A stretch of 62,557 nt of DNA, filler included, from Globobulimina sp. (GCA_003354225.1; 33 parts of 33 records of this genome joined end to end with filler, not necessarily neighbours in it), one strand, 5' to 3'; counted from the whole stretch's first letter, positions 48,562 through 60,400 are shown. Notes: generated by a model not told the origin, from the sequence alone. Program-made: numbers and translations.

Positions 48562-48804
48562 TTATGTCACACACGCGATACGTGGTTGTTTTTTGTACAA
48601 TATTTTATATCCACAGCGTGAACATTCTCCTTTGTATGATTTTTGTGGCCATTCGTTATTTCCGCACGACCCACAAATAAATGGTGTGGCTTGTATCCAA
48701 TCATCAATTGGTTTTAATCCTGTTTCAAATGGATATGCTTTCTTGTTTGTTATATGTTGGGACTGCGTGTTCGTGTTATCTGTATTATTTGCTCTGGAGG
48801 CCAT
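48562..48804 (-). CDS. RPB12: RPB12/RPABC4-like zinc-ribbon RNA polymerase subunit (divergent)
   Basis: FICGSCG-x12-CSRCGYKILYKK matches YICG.C-x13-C..CGYRILYKKR. Confidence 0.7.
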   Translation of the reverse strand: MASRANNTDNTNTQSQHITNKKAYPFETGLKPIDDWIQATPFICGSCGNNEWPQKSYKGECSRCGYKILYKKQPRIACVT

Positions 48805-48877
48805 TCTCCTTTGTCAGAGTTTTCAAAAAGAACTAGAGCTTTTTAGTTTATATTTACAGTGTTATCTTATTTGTCAT

Positions 48878-49276
48878 TTATTTCTCGACTAATTTGACAA
48901 GTTCGGTTGTTGGATGTTTATAGTTTTCAGCACACAGCCATCTGAATAGCATGGTTCCTTTATAATGATACGATGTACTCAACCAATTTACATTGCAATT
49001 TCTATATTTTGCGGGTAATAACCTTTGTTTATTAACATATTGGTCATGTGATACAACAATGTAAACACATTTTTTCTCATTATCCGTATCATATTTTGCC
49101 TTTTCCGAATTGATATGTATGGGAAAATAGGTATAATCCAAACTTTCCATCCAATGATTATTTAATTGAAAATTCCAAAATAAATATTTATTGCACATAA
49201 ATGCTTTAATAATCAATGCATCGTTTTTTTGCAATAATTCATAATAAGAATGGTAATAAAATATATTTGGATCACC
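48878..49276 (-). CDS. Hypothetical protein, C-terminal part
   Basis: ORF only. Confidence 0.35.
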   Translation of the reverse strand, partial: GDPNIFYYHSYYELLQKNDALIIKAFMCNKYLFWNFQLNNHWMESLDYTYFPIHINSEKAKYDTDNEKKCVYIVVSHDQYVNKQRLLPAKYRNCNVNWLSTSYHYKGTMLFRWLCAENYKHPTTELVKLVEK

Positions 49277-49376
49277 NNNNNNNNNNNNNNNNNNNNNNNN
49301 NNNNNNNNNNNNNNNNNNNNTTAATTAATTAANNNNNNNNNNNNNNNNNNNNNNNNNNNNNNNNNNNNNNNNNNNN

Positions 49377-50358
49377 GATATCGAAGGTGTACGACGTCAC
49401 GTGGTGGCCATGTAGATCTCCACGTTCTTCGTGTTTTTATTGATCCATTTAATGGTTTTTTATCCCACACCGTAGTGTCAATCAGCTTTACATGATTCCT
49501 CATGGGCCAAAAATGGCCAGTATTCATAGCTAAGTGTAGCAGTAATTGATTATTTTCCTGTATTTTATAGTTGTTACTCCAATTTCTATACAATGAGCCA
49601 AATAATTTGCGCCCATTGTACCTGATGCTAGTGAATGATTTAAAATTATACGCATTAAAGTTTGTATTGTTCAGGACAGCATTTCCGTTGATTGTTTTTA
49701 TTGAAATCTTCCTCATTTCTTCCAAGCAAATAATGGCTGTTATTCTTGATGATAATTTAAATTTTTTAATATCTTTTTTATTTAAATAGCCAACAATATG
49801 ACACATACATTCTGTTGGTAATGATTTAAAATGTGAGTCATTTGCGACATTGTTTGCATATAAATGATATTTATTATATTTTATATTTTGACGGATCACT
49901 GTTTTATACATTGCTGAAAGTTGTTCAATGTTGGCATTATTAGTGATAAAATATAACATTGACTGATATCCTCCAAATAATTTTACCATTTTTTTCATAG
50001 ATTTTTGCAATAGATTCTCATTCATATTATGAAACATATCATTTAATTTTAATCTGTCGATGTTAATTTTTGGTCTTTTTCTCAGTGTCTCGACATGTGA
50101 TGGTAAAACAGGATCTATCCATGATGGTGATGATGATGTATGATTAGCCACTTGCGCACAATTAAAACAGATGTTTGTTTTACATTGTCGACAATGATAA
50201 AAATGAGGATTAACCCTCTCCTCATTGTAGTGTATATAGTAAAATGAAATGCTACATTTATTGCATAATAATGACGTATTTTTAATACATCCTTTGGGTC
50301 TAAATTGAATTAAATGTTCTTTGTTTGCAGGACAAGACCCATACGGTGGGAATGGCAT
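49377..50358 (-). CDS. Cys/His zinc-finger plus F-box protein, 3'-partial
   Basis: CP...H...CNKC...YHCRQCKTNICFNC, and F-box FKSLPTECMCHIVGYLNKKDIKKFKLSSR. Confidence 0.65.
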
Positions 50359-50521
50359 GTTTGCAAGTATTTAATAATAAATATGTTGATTAACAAAATT
50401 TGATGACTAAGATTAAAAACAGCTTAAATGTGACAGTGGTCCAATCATAATATCTTGACACAAAAAACATAATATAATATGAGTAATTTAGTAATATGAT
50501 AAAATTAAATGTCACTTTGAA

Positions 50522-51174
50522 TTACAGCTTTGATTGAGTACTTTCATTAAATAATTTTTTCAAAGTCTTTGGTATTTTAATATCATTCCCATTATTTTTG
50601 CTTTTATCCCCATCGCCACCATTCCTGCCATTTCCCCTCTCGCAATCAAAGAACATTGTAATTACAGTTAAATCGTCGTGGACACTTCGCTTTATCCTAT
50701 CATGTAAATTCAACACCGATGAAAGATTTAACTCTTCACAGTACAATTTACCATCAAAATACTGCCCTGCGCACAACAACGCTTTTCGAATCAACAAAGT
50801 TGACACATTCTCACAACCAAACCTATCCTCTTTCCCATCAATAATATTCCCAACATACTGCACAATTTCTTCACTTTGCAAATCTTGAAACAGCCCATCC
50901 GTCGAAATGATCATAAACTTATCATTCTCACTCAATTTATAACACGACACATCAGGTTTGGCCGTCACATATGGCGGTGTCCACGCACTGTCCATATATT
51001 TTATTTTATTCTTCCAGTTTTCAAAAAACCGAATGTATTTATAATGTCCATCCCCAAACACACGCGTTGGTTGCAACCGTCCCTTCACGCGATTCCGTTT
51101 AATAATATCCGCTTCGTTTGGATGTTCGCGTAACAGTCTCGCCTTTTCTTTTGGATTTAAATTGATTTGATGAT
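50522..51174 (-). CDS. PP2C-family phosphatase (pyruvate dehydrogenase phosphatase-like), 5'-partial
   Basis: Motifs EHPNE..IIKRNRVKGRLQPTRVFGD..YK, TPPYVTAKPDV, FMIISTDGL and HDDLTV. Confidence 0.9.
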
Positions 51175-51601
51175 NNNNNNNNNNNNNNNNNNNNNNNNNN
51201 NNNNNNNNNNNNNNNNNNTTAATTAATTAANNNNNNNNNNNNNNNNNNNNNNNNNNNNNNNNNNNNNNNNNNNNGCGCCATCCATATTGTCTATTTGTTG
51301 TTTCTGTGATGGATTAAAGGTCCAAGCGCTGTTTAACCCCAATACTTTGCTCCAATTTGTAGAATGATGTATTGAAGAAACGCATTCATTCAGTCTCTGT
51401 GCTAGCATTGCTGTGGTTTAGATTGAAGATGGATCTGGATTGATTTCATTGTAGCCCGCCTCTTGACAAATAATGTTATCTTTGACATCTAATTCGAAAT
51501 TATTTAAATAATTTAACACTTTGTCAATATTGGACAGCAAACAAGTTCCTTGTTCTGCCATGCTAAGATTTAATCTGGCAAAAAACTTTAATTGCAGAAT
51601 C

Positions 51602-52519
51602 ATGTCACTCGTGAAAGACTGTCCCGAACGAGCAGCATATGCAATTGTTTTTAGCATCATTGTTGGTCTCGTTTTACTTATGTTGACCTATTTGATTATT
51701 ACCTTTATGAAGGATCACCGAAAAAACCCCAAAGGTCTAAAAACGATACTCTATGCTGGAACATTGATCTATCTTATTTTAAATGGCTGTGTCATGTTCC
51801 TATTTATCCCCTATCAATTACGCTGCGATCCTCTCGACAAATTCTTCACAGGTTTAATTTTTATTGTAGCCAATGTCGTGGTCTGTTTGATGGTGGTGTT
51901 ATGGTACTCTCGGTTGTATTTCTTGTTTTGTGACACTTCACTTAAATTCAGTCGAGGAATTATTATTTATTGGTACGTATATTTCGGTATATTGGCGATT
52001 GCGAGTGTAATACATATGATCGGTGCTGTTTTGTTAATGTTGCACGCTCTCTCACACGAAATATTCGCTATAATCAACTCGCTTGGCCTATTCATGGTTG
52101 TTATTGGAGTGATATCAGTCACAGTTTTGTTCATTACTAAATTGATTCACTCTTATAAATATATCGCCGATGATGACAAATTTATTCATTTGATTACGAG
52201 TATATCGATATTGATCGCGTTTTCGTTTGGTATTACCATCATTTCGACCGTAATAAATACTATCGTGACTACAATGTCTGCGCCCCCAATTGGCAGTGAA
52301 TTTTTGAAGAATTTGTTTTGGATAATTGACCATTTTACCAATTCAGTGTGTATGTTACTGTCCTTCAATCATTTTCAGAAATTGTATAAAAACTTATGCA
52401 AATGTCCTCATTTGTTGTGTAAAAAATGTTGGAGTGGCATGATTTCTCAAACAAAATTAGCAAAAGAAATCGAACTTGACTGTCAATCGCAAACTTCACA
52501 AAGTGATCAAGGATTGTAA
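51602..52519 (+). CDS. Orphan 7TM (GPCR-like) protein with Cys-rich tail
   Basis: Seven hydrophobic segments, YSRLYFLF..T after TM3, and tail YKNLCKCPHLLCKKC. The start could be 51560 or 51602. Confidence 0.7.
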   Translation: MSLVKDCPERAAYAIVFSIIVGLVLLMLTYLIITFMKDHRKNPKGLKTILYAGTLIYLILNGCVMFLFIPYQLRCDPLDKFFTGLIFIVANVVVCLMVVLWYSRLYFLFCDTSLKFSRGIIIYWYVYFGILAIASVIHMIGAVLLMLHALSHEIFAIINSLGLFMVVIGVISVTVLFITKLIHSYKYIADDDKFIHLITSISILIAFSFGITIISTVINTIVTTMSAPPIGSEFLKNLFWIIDHFTNSVCMLLSFNHFQKLYKNLCKCPHLLCKKCWSGMISQTKLAKEIELDCQSQTSQSDQGL

Positions 52520-52554
52520 ATATACAAATTATTGTAAATATACCAATTGCTGTC

Positions 52555-52762
52555 ATTCAAACAAAAGAAACATCACAACATAACATGGTCAACAAGTTGT
52601 GGTTCCAATGATACTTGTGTACACAATGTGAATGATCAGTGCAATATCATTGTGTTGTTATGTTGTTTTTTTGTTTGAAGATCCTCAATTGAGGCCATTC
52701 AAACAAAAAAAAACATAACAACATAACATGGTCACACAACGTTAACTCGGAGCCATGTTATC
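52555..52762. repeat. Alternating direct/inverted ~35-bp repeat with palindromic junctions
   Basis: TTCAAACAAAA..ACATxACAACATAACATGGTCA occurs at about 52557 and 52698, with an inverted copy at about 52650-52679. Perfect palindromes TTGTGTACACAA (52615-52626) and CCTCAATTGAGG (52683-52694) lie between the copies. Confidence 0.75.
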
Positions 52763-54181
52763 TCCTGCTCCGATATAGCTCTAACAACTTTTCGTTCAAT
52801 CGATTTACTTAAATTTAAACTGCAAATCCATTCTTGCAATTCTTTGCAGCTCCATTTATTTATACATGTACTTTGCCAAAAAATGTCATTATTTCTTGGC
52901 TTTTGTCATTATTTATACATGTACGTTGATTTAATGGCTTTTGTCATTATTTCGTCCCAGTTCGTTTCCAAACCAATGCTTTTTATCTTTATTTGTCCAA
53001 TTTTTTATATGTTTGGTATTAAAATTTAATATATAAAAATATATTTTAGAAATGATAGAGAATTGAACTCAANNNNNNNNNNNNNNNNNNNNNNNNNNNN
53101 NNNNNNNNNNNNNNNNTTAATTAATTAANNNNNNNNNNNNNNNNNNNNNNNNNNNNNNNNNNNNNNNNNNNNAGGCTGCGAATTTACGATACAAAGAATC
53201 ACTGTTAATATTAATAAAAATGACATATCGGATGTCTGGTCTGGTGTGGTGTGGTTTGGTTTGCTTTGGTTATGTCAAACGTTCTTGTTTGTATTAAGTG
53301 TTTGTAGCGGATGTACGTTTGTATTAAGTGAAGTAAAGTGAAGTAAAGTAGTTTATGAAAATAAATGTTAGAAAAGACCAGCCGACTAAAATAATGGATT
53401 GAATATACGTGATATGGCAAAAAGTTATAAGTGGATATTATTACCATTTTGCTTTTGGTGTTGTTGTATATTGCTGAAAGTACATTATTTAAAGCTATGT
53501 GACATTTTTTTGATATATTTGCCATGTTTAATTTGCATCATTTGATCCAAAGCATTGTAATTTTGGGCCGTTTGAAGATATATTCAATTTTTGAGGCAAG
53601 TCATGTTTTGACGCTCCATTCGAATTCATCGGAATATTATTATTATTCATTGAATTATTATCACTGTTTGGAGTCACATACATCATCATATTATTATTAT
53701 TATTCCATGCAATTTGGTGTATTATTCAATTGCCACACAAGATCCAATTATCACAACAATCACTGCACATTCCACCATCTAACACCTCACCAAAATGATT
53801 TAATATAAAATTATATTTATCCGACATTGCGAGGAATACTGCACACCTTTCAATGCGATTTCATTTGTCTACCTTTATCAGTCTGCGTCATTGAAATATA
53901 ATATACACTCAATGGATTTGGGTATGCCGTAATGTATAACATGGCGAATATCGCCTTAAATTTGTCAATGCCCATTCCAAAAGCAACGGTGCTGAACCTG
54001 TCATATTTTGCATCGTCTCCGCACTGAAGAATTTGGTAGGATCAAGCCAAGGATCCAATGCATCTGAAGGCTGTATTGATGACTGAAGGAATGCTATATT
54101 TTATTATATATATATATGGAAGTATATTAATGTAATAGTATGTGTATATTGCACACCTAAATTTAACACATTATATGCATA

Positions 54182-54432
54182 TTTTGGATTGTACGAAGGC
54201 GATGGTATTCATAAAATGGTCTATGACCAGATTTATTTAGCAATATTGTGTTATGTGGAGGCAATACAGCGGTGCGTGGAATTGATGATAGATTATGCAA
54301 AGAATTACGATGTCTGACAAGGAGTGATAAAATAAGAAATATTTTGATTTGGTGAACGGATTTATACGGATTAATGGGAATGGTTTATATGTTTGTGATG
54401 ATATTTGTGATTTGGTTTATGAAATATGCAAC
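54182..54432 (+). pseudogene. Actin-related gene fragment with internal deletion and frameshifts
   Basis: FGLYEGDGIHKMVYD / PDLFSNIVLCGGNTAVRGIDDRLCKELRCL / LVNGFIRINGNGLYVCDDICDLVYE matches actin GIHE...DLY.NIVLSGG.T...GI.DR..KE. Confidence 0.7.
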
Positions 54433-54622
54433 GTACGCTTTCTCATTGGTTTATTGCTGTTTATCCTTTCAATTTTGGATTCTTTCTGTACATAGCAATT
54501 GAGTGTTGATTGCCTTTTTACATAATTTGGTTGCCATTCTCTAACAATTATTATCATAAACCTTTACTTCACTTCATCCAAACATCCGCCCGCTACTAGA
54601 AGCTAAACACCAGACATCCGAT

Positions 54623-54895
54623 ATGTTATTGTTATTAATATTAACAGTGATTGTTTGTATCGTAAATTCGCAGCCTCAATGTCTTCCGTCGCAAACAGAA
54701 TTATGTTATGAAAACGCTGAAGATTTAACTGATTGGATATTTACCACTGACGGAACAGCTATGGCTGGTTATGACTCATTTGATTATACGTATTGTTATG
54801 ACGAAGCTTGTTATGGTATTTTTCAAATGGATTTTGATTCAGTCACAACAACACCAAATTTCTGTATTACTTGCGTCGGGTTCGGGTTCTGGTGA
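54623..54895 (+). CDS. Secreted or surface protein N-terminus
   Basis: Clear signal peptide MLLLLILTVIVCIVNS followed by a Cys/Asp-rich region. The 3' structure is uncertain. Confidence 0.5.
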   Translation: MLLLLILTVIVCIVNSQPQCLPSQTELCYENAEDLTDWIFTTDGTAMAGYDSFDYTYCYDEACYGIFQMDFDSVTTTPNFCITCVGFGFW

Positions 54896-55069
54896 TTCCT
54901 CAGATTTAAATTCTTCCCTTGCATTGAATCAATAATTATGTATCTAACTAAAACTCAAAATATATAACANNNNNNNNNNNNNNNNNNNNNNNNNNNNNNN
55001 NNNNNNNNNNNNNTTAATTAATTAANNNNNNNNNNNNNNNNNNNNNNNNNNNNNNNNNNNNNNNNNNNN

Positions 55070-55349
55070 GAAATAGAAAAACTATCCACCATAAAGAAAA
55101 TATGCAGCCTCGAATTCTTTGATATGATACAACATCGATAGAAATAAAGTCATCTGTTATAGTTCTTACTAAATTAACATGGCATGCGATTAATAAAATG
55201 AATACAATAAATAATGCTTCATAAGATCGTCTTAATCCAAATAAAAAATGTTTCCTCCATTCAAACCACTTGAGAAACGCATAAATATAAAACGGAAATG
55301 CTACAACATATAGAACTATGCTGGTTATAGCAGACCATTCAAGTGGCAT
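55070..55349 (-). CDS. Multi-pass membrane protein N-terminus (7TM-like), 3'-partial
   Basis: Three hydrophobic helices with the basic loop WRKHFLFGLRR. Confidence 0.5.
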
Positions 55350-55500
55350 AGTTTAAAAATGAGTTTTATACATAACCCCCAGATTAGATAACCCCGCCCC
55401 TTGTATACATATCGATCAATATAAAGAAAGTATGCATTTTGTTCAGTTATATTTATTTATATTAATTAGGAATTATAAGATCGATATCTAGAATTCTCTT

Positions 55501-56821
55501 TTACATGCATTTTTTGTCAAGAATACGGACACCATATTCCTCATAATCACTTTTAGAAATATACGAATCGTTTGACAAAGCAGTGACTAACACAGAGCCT
55601 CCAATCCATACTGAAAAACTCCTTTCTGGCGGCATAATAAATTTAACCTTCAATTGCGGATTATATTTACATATCAATTCAACAATATCCATTGATATCT
55701 CCTGCACACTATTCAACCGAACATATCCTCCCATTAAGACAACATCATTCTTATTCATCAATTCACTCAAATCTTTTTGAATTCTGTCCTCAAATCCACC
55801 CAATTTGCTATTCACGCCGCATACAACAATATTACCACACATATCCATAATATATTTGCCATTTGTTCTTATTCCCTTCTCCAATAACTTGCAAATACCA
55901 ACACTATGATCACCAATCAACAATGGGTCAAATAAACATTCCGCACATTTAAAGCGTTCTATATTTATGCCCTCAAAACTAATAATTTTGCCATCCGGTA
56001 ATTCATAACGCTTTGCTGATTTGTCCGATGTCTCTGTTCTATGTAACTCCTTTACATAATCTAATGCAATAAATCCCAAATCATGTTTCATTGTTTCTAC
56101 ACTCTGTTTCTCTGCAAATGTAGCAAAATTATATCCGTTTTCACATAACAATTTCATTAAATATTCCGTTATATGCCTACCACCAATATCTATTTTAGTA
56201 ATCGCGTTTGTTACAACCCCGTCATAAATAGGCACGATTTCAGTACATTCATAACCGGCATCTAAGACAACTGCACTGCTTCGGCCACTGGCAATCATTG
56301 CGCATAAAGAGGTATTTGCAAGATATAAAGCAGGAATGTTGAACTTTTCAAATATTATTTCAACTGTTTTTTCTCTGTTTTGCCTTGGATTGAATGCTGA
56401 TTCTGTCAGTAATAACAGGCGTTATTCTCAATTCATTGTAAAATGTGTGATGCCATATTTGAACCATATCGTCCCAATTTTCAATTACACCATGTTTTAT
56501 GGCATAATTAGTCAATATGCCGGTACCTGTTTTCGACAGTGCTTCGTCGCCAACATATACAGAACCTGTTTTTGTGAGTCTACCAACAATCGGCGGGAAC
56601 ACACTCCGCGGGGAACTATCACCACAGAACCCAGCTCTTATTAAATAAGATCCATTGTCTATGACTAATGTTTGAGAAAATTCATCTGGAACTTTTTTCT
56701 TTTTGTCTGCTCTCATTCGTGACACTGATTTATTTGATATTTCATCATTGTTTTCAGGGTTTTGTATTATTTGCTGTTTTGCTGGGTTTGACGGAGATGA
56801 TTTGCTTTTTTTATTGCCCAT
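55501..56821 (-). pseudogene. Divergent actin-related protein with N-terminal MGNKKS extension and C-terminal insertion; one frameshift at about 56416
   Basis: LVIDNGS...[43 protein letters not shown], then a shifted frame [42 protein letters not shown] and PPERSFSVWIGGS. The EEHP segment is missing at the shift. Confidence 0.85.
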
Positions 56822-56966
56822 CACTGGCACCGAAGTAAAAAATAGACAATTCCCCTGGAACAAAGCNNNNNNNNNNNNNNNNNNNNNNNNNNNNNNNNNN
56901 NNNNNNNNNNTTAATTAATTAANNNNNNNNNNNNNNNNNNNNNNNNNNNNNNNNNNNNNNNNNNNN

Positions 56967-57452
56967 AGGCGGCCACTTTTTCAGTGATGTTATAGTCGGG
57001 ATTTACAATGCGGTCTATTTATATTTGTGTGTGTGTGTATGGTGTGGTGTAGACGCAAAATCGCATGAATGTATATGGAGTTATATGGTACCGAATAATT
57101 CACCGCCTTCGCACAAACCAGTCAATACGTAATAATTGCTCTCATCTTCGGTGCAATCGATGTAATCCACGATATGTTCGTGTTTGATGCGGGATAATAT
57201 GTTCACTTCATGTTTGTATAAGGTTTGGCAAATGGGCTTCTCTTTGCTCATGATTTTGATGGCTATTTTGTTGTTTTTGTCATCCTTATCAATGGCTTCT
57301 ACCACACGACACGACGCACCTTTGCCTAATGTGCGACGAAATTGATACTTTTTATGCACATCGATCAGTTGCTTTTTCTCGTCGGTGGTGCCGCTGCTGG
57401 CATCTGCTCCGCCTCCTTCATCTGCATTGTTGCCTGAGCTGATACAACCCAT
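56967..57452 (-). CDS. CaMK/CDPK-type Ser/Thr kinase, N-terminal part; intron 57091-57015
   Basis: Acylation motif MGCISS, then LGKGAS, IAIKIM and EVNIL. The intron joins CEGGELF/DRIV. Confidence 0.85.
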
Positions 57453-57571
57453 TTTTTTTATTTATTTTTTTCAAAATAAAAAAAAAAAAGTTTTTATTCA
57501 CATACCTTCAGTTGAGTTAGAATTGGATTGTGTGTTGATTTCGTAGCTTTGTGCCGTGAACCCTTTTCGAA

Positions 57572-58082
57572 ATGGCGCAAGCAACTGCGGATGAATTGAA
57601 AAATGAGAATGATGCAAATAAGGTAGAAAATAAAAAACCAATGGATGCGTCACTTATAGCCAATTTAAAACAATTAAAAATACAAAGTGGAGCATTAAAT
57701 AGATATACAAAGGAATTAAAATGTTATATGGAGGAATTACAGCAACTTAAAACGCAATTAGATGACATGAGAAATACGTCGAATGATGATGAAAAACAAG
57801 ATAAAAGTAAAAAAATTGAAATAAAACAGCAGGTATTCTTTTGTGTTTGTAATTGCATCCTTGCACTCTGACAATGGCCATTCTTATATTTAGCGCCATG
57901 CAGTTGAGGAAACAGAACATGTAATACGTGACATTCGACCAAAATTAGTAAAAACATGGGAAATTGTGGATGGATTAATTACTGAATTTGATGGATATGT
58001 TGTTGATGATGAGGAAGATAAAGAATTGTTCAAAAAAATAAGATTATATTTAGAAGCTGCAGAACCATTGGTAAATGATTAA
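57572..58082 (+). CDS. TBCA: Tubulin-binding cofactor A; intron 57833-57893
   Basis: LKIQSGALNRYTKELKCY..E and IKQQ/RHAVEETEHVIRDIRPKL match TBCA LKIKTG.VKRL.KE...Y..E and IKKQ...L.E...MIPD...RL. Confidence 0.8.
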
Positions 58083-58288
58083 ATTATAATATTATATTAT
58101 CAAAAAAGAAGGTAAAATCGATCGAGTGTCTATTTAATTGATTGGAAAGTGTCTTGTTTTAATCGTACGCACCAAGAATAGACTCCGTAAAAAAAAAGTT
58201 TCAGTAGATTTCATTACTAGATTTAAATTTATTTAAATCATTCTCCGAACTTATAGTAGTCTGCAGCACAAAATAACAAATCATTCTC

Positions 58289-58763
58289 ATGTCTGTCAAA
58301 ATAGCTGCAGCACAAATTAGGAGCACAGGCAATATTGATGGTAATTTACTGAAATTGAAGGAATATGCTCAATATGCAAGTCGACATAATTGCAAAATAA
58401 TTGTTACTCCCGAATTATATTTGACTGGTTATGACCAAACAAAGCAGTTTATTCAACAAAACGCAATGATCGTTCCTCATAATGATCAATATTCATTCAA
58501 TATAAAAAAAGCCAACAACGATTTAGATAAAATCGCCGAAATTAGCATTGATAATAACATTGATATAATCATTGGATTTCCTGAATATAACAAAACGCAA
58601 AATAAATACTATAACAGTTTGTTATGGATGAGCAATGGTGGGATATTACGATCTGTTTATCGCAAGACACATTTATGGGGATCCTTTGAAAAGAAAACAT
58701 TTGATAAATCCGTGAATGTAAATAATAACTATTCGATAGTTGACTGTTACGGAATGAAATTTG
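58289..58763 (+). CDS. Carbon-nitrogen hydrolase (nitrilase superfamily), 3'-partial
   Basis: Motifs KIAAAQ, IIVTPELYLTGY (catalytic Glu), YYNS and YRKTHLWG (catalytic Lys). Confidence 0.9.
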
Positions 58764-58863
58764 NNNNNNNNNNNNNNNNNNNNNNNNNNNNNNNNNNNNN
58801 NNNNNNNTTAATTAATTAANNNNNNNNNNNNNNNNNNNNNNNNNNNNNNNNNNNNNNNNNNNN

Positions 58864-60143
58864 TATATTTTGCCGCTGGGTATTGCCGCAAAATGGTTTC
58901 CAAACAACCAAGCATTGGTAAGTGGTGTCATATTATCTGGCTATGGCTTATCCGGAGTTATATTTACTTTTATTTACACTGCATTTATTAACCCGGATAA
59001 CATCAAATTAGGTATACTCCACACAAAATTTAGAATGTTATTCCATACAACATCTAATGGAATGGCATTTAATTTTGTTTACTTTTTCATAACTAATGTA
59101 CGTCCAAATAATTATTCATATAGATTCAGAAACAGGTTTCTTGCACAAACCTCAAGTTTTAGATAATGTGCCGTCTTCATTTTGGAAAATAGCCGCAATT
59201 TGTTTGTCAATGCAGTTAGTGGCTCTATTGTTCATTAGCGAAGCACCGGATAATATGACACAAAATATTGATGAATTCGACATTGATTCCATTGATATGC
59301 ACGTTATTGATGATCATGGTGCAAATAATAAAAAAATAAGCGCAGAAAATGAGAAAAGTAAGCTGTTGGACATAGATATCGGAGCTCGCGATCGAGCGAA
59401 GAAAGGTTTTGATTGTTGCGGAATTGATAAATATTTGGAAAAGTTGGATTTATTGGTTTTGAAAGAAGGCATATTTCTAAGCTTATGGTTTACATTATTT
59501 TTTTCGCAAATGACAAATACAATATTTAGTACCACGTGGAAAACATTTACAAATCAACAGTTAGAAATCGAGGATGATTTTTTTTTAAGGTACGGATCGG
59601 AATAAATTATTGCGACAAATGATAATGTAATGAGATACTGTGTGTTTCTGAATATTGTCGCAATAATTATTCGATTCCTGTATTGCTTTTATAAGTTTTG
59701 TAGGATCTTTTTCAGCATTTACTAATTCTTTGGGGAGGATATTTTGGGGATATTGCAATGATAAAAAATCATATGTTGTGACAATGGGAATTATGACAAT
59801 GTCAGATTTTATATTACTGGCAACCTGGTCCTTTTTGGTATTTATGAAATCCTCTGAGATTTTATTAAAAATATGTTCTGCGATATGGCTTGGTGGGATA
59901 TTTTTTTTTCAAATTGGTATTTATAATATTATGATTAAACAAGTTGGCGAACTGTATGGAACTCATAAAATCAATTATTATTATTCTTTATTGCTAATGA
60001 ATCAGATTCCTTCCTCAATATTTAGTGCGTTGGTTATTACACAAATGAGGCAGACATTGGGATGGATGTGGTTCACATTTATTGTTGCTTCGTTTCAATT
60101 TATTGCATTTTGTATCGTTATGTCATCAAAATGGTGTAGATAA
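58864..60143 (+). CDS. MFS transporter, oxalate:formate antiporter-like, 5'-partial; introns 59012-59123 and 59590-59695
   Basis: Motifs KWFP...LVSGVILSGYG, FINPDN and NSLGRIFWG. Both introns restore the frame. Confidence 0.85.
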
Positions 60144-60289
60144 TTTGTAATTGCATATTTTATTGTACATATTGCCATAATTTAACATGCTTAGTTGTCG
60201 TATACGTAGTGTACTTTGAGGTAACGCCATGCGCAGTGGTCTCAGAAGTTTTTCCCCCAGTCATTATCTGTAATCCATTGAATAGTATT

Positions 60290-60400
60290 TATAATAATAA
60301 TGATATTCCAAATAAGTGTTTGGTGCATTGTGCAGCCGGAAAAAGCCGAAGTAGTACGGTGATAATTGCTTATTTAATGTCAAGTGTTGTTGATATGAAT
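60290..60400 (+). pseudogene. Dual-specificity phosphatase active-site fragment
   Basis: NKCLVHCAAGKSRSSTVIIAYLM contains the HCxxGxxRS motif. The flanks do not continue the domain. Confidence 0.6.

Noticed and set aside
53173..54180. ORFs 53211-53525 and 53524-53808
   Set aside because: Low-complexity, stop-riddled sequence with no supportable product.
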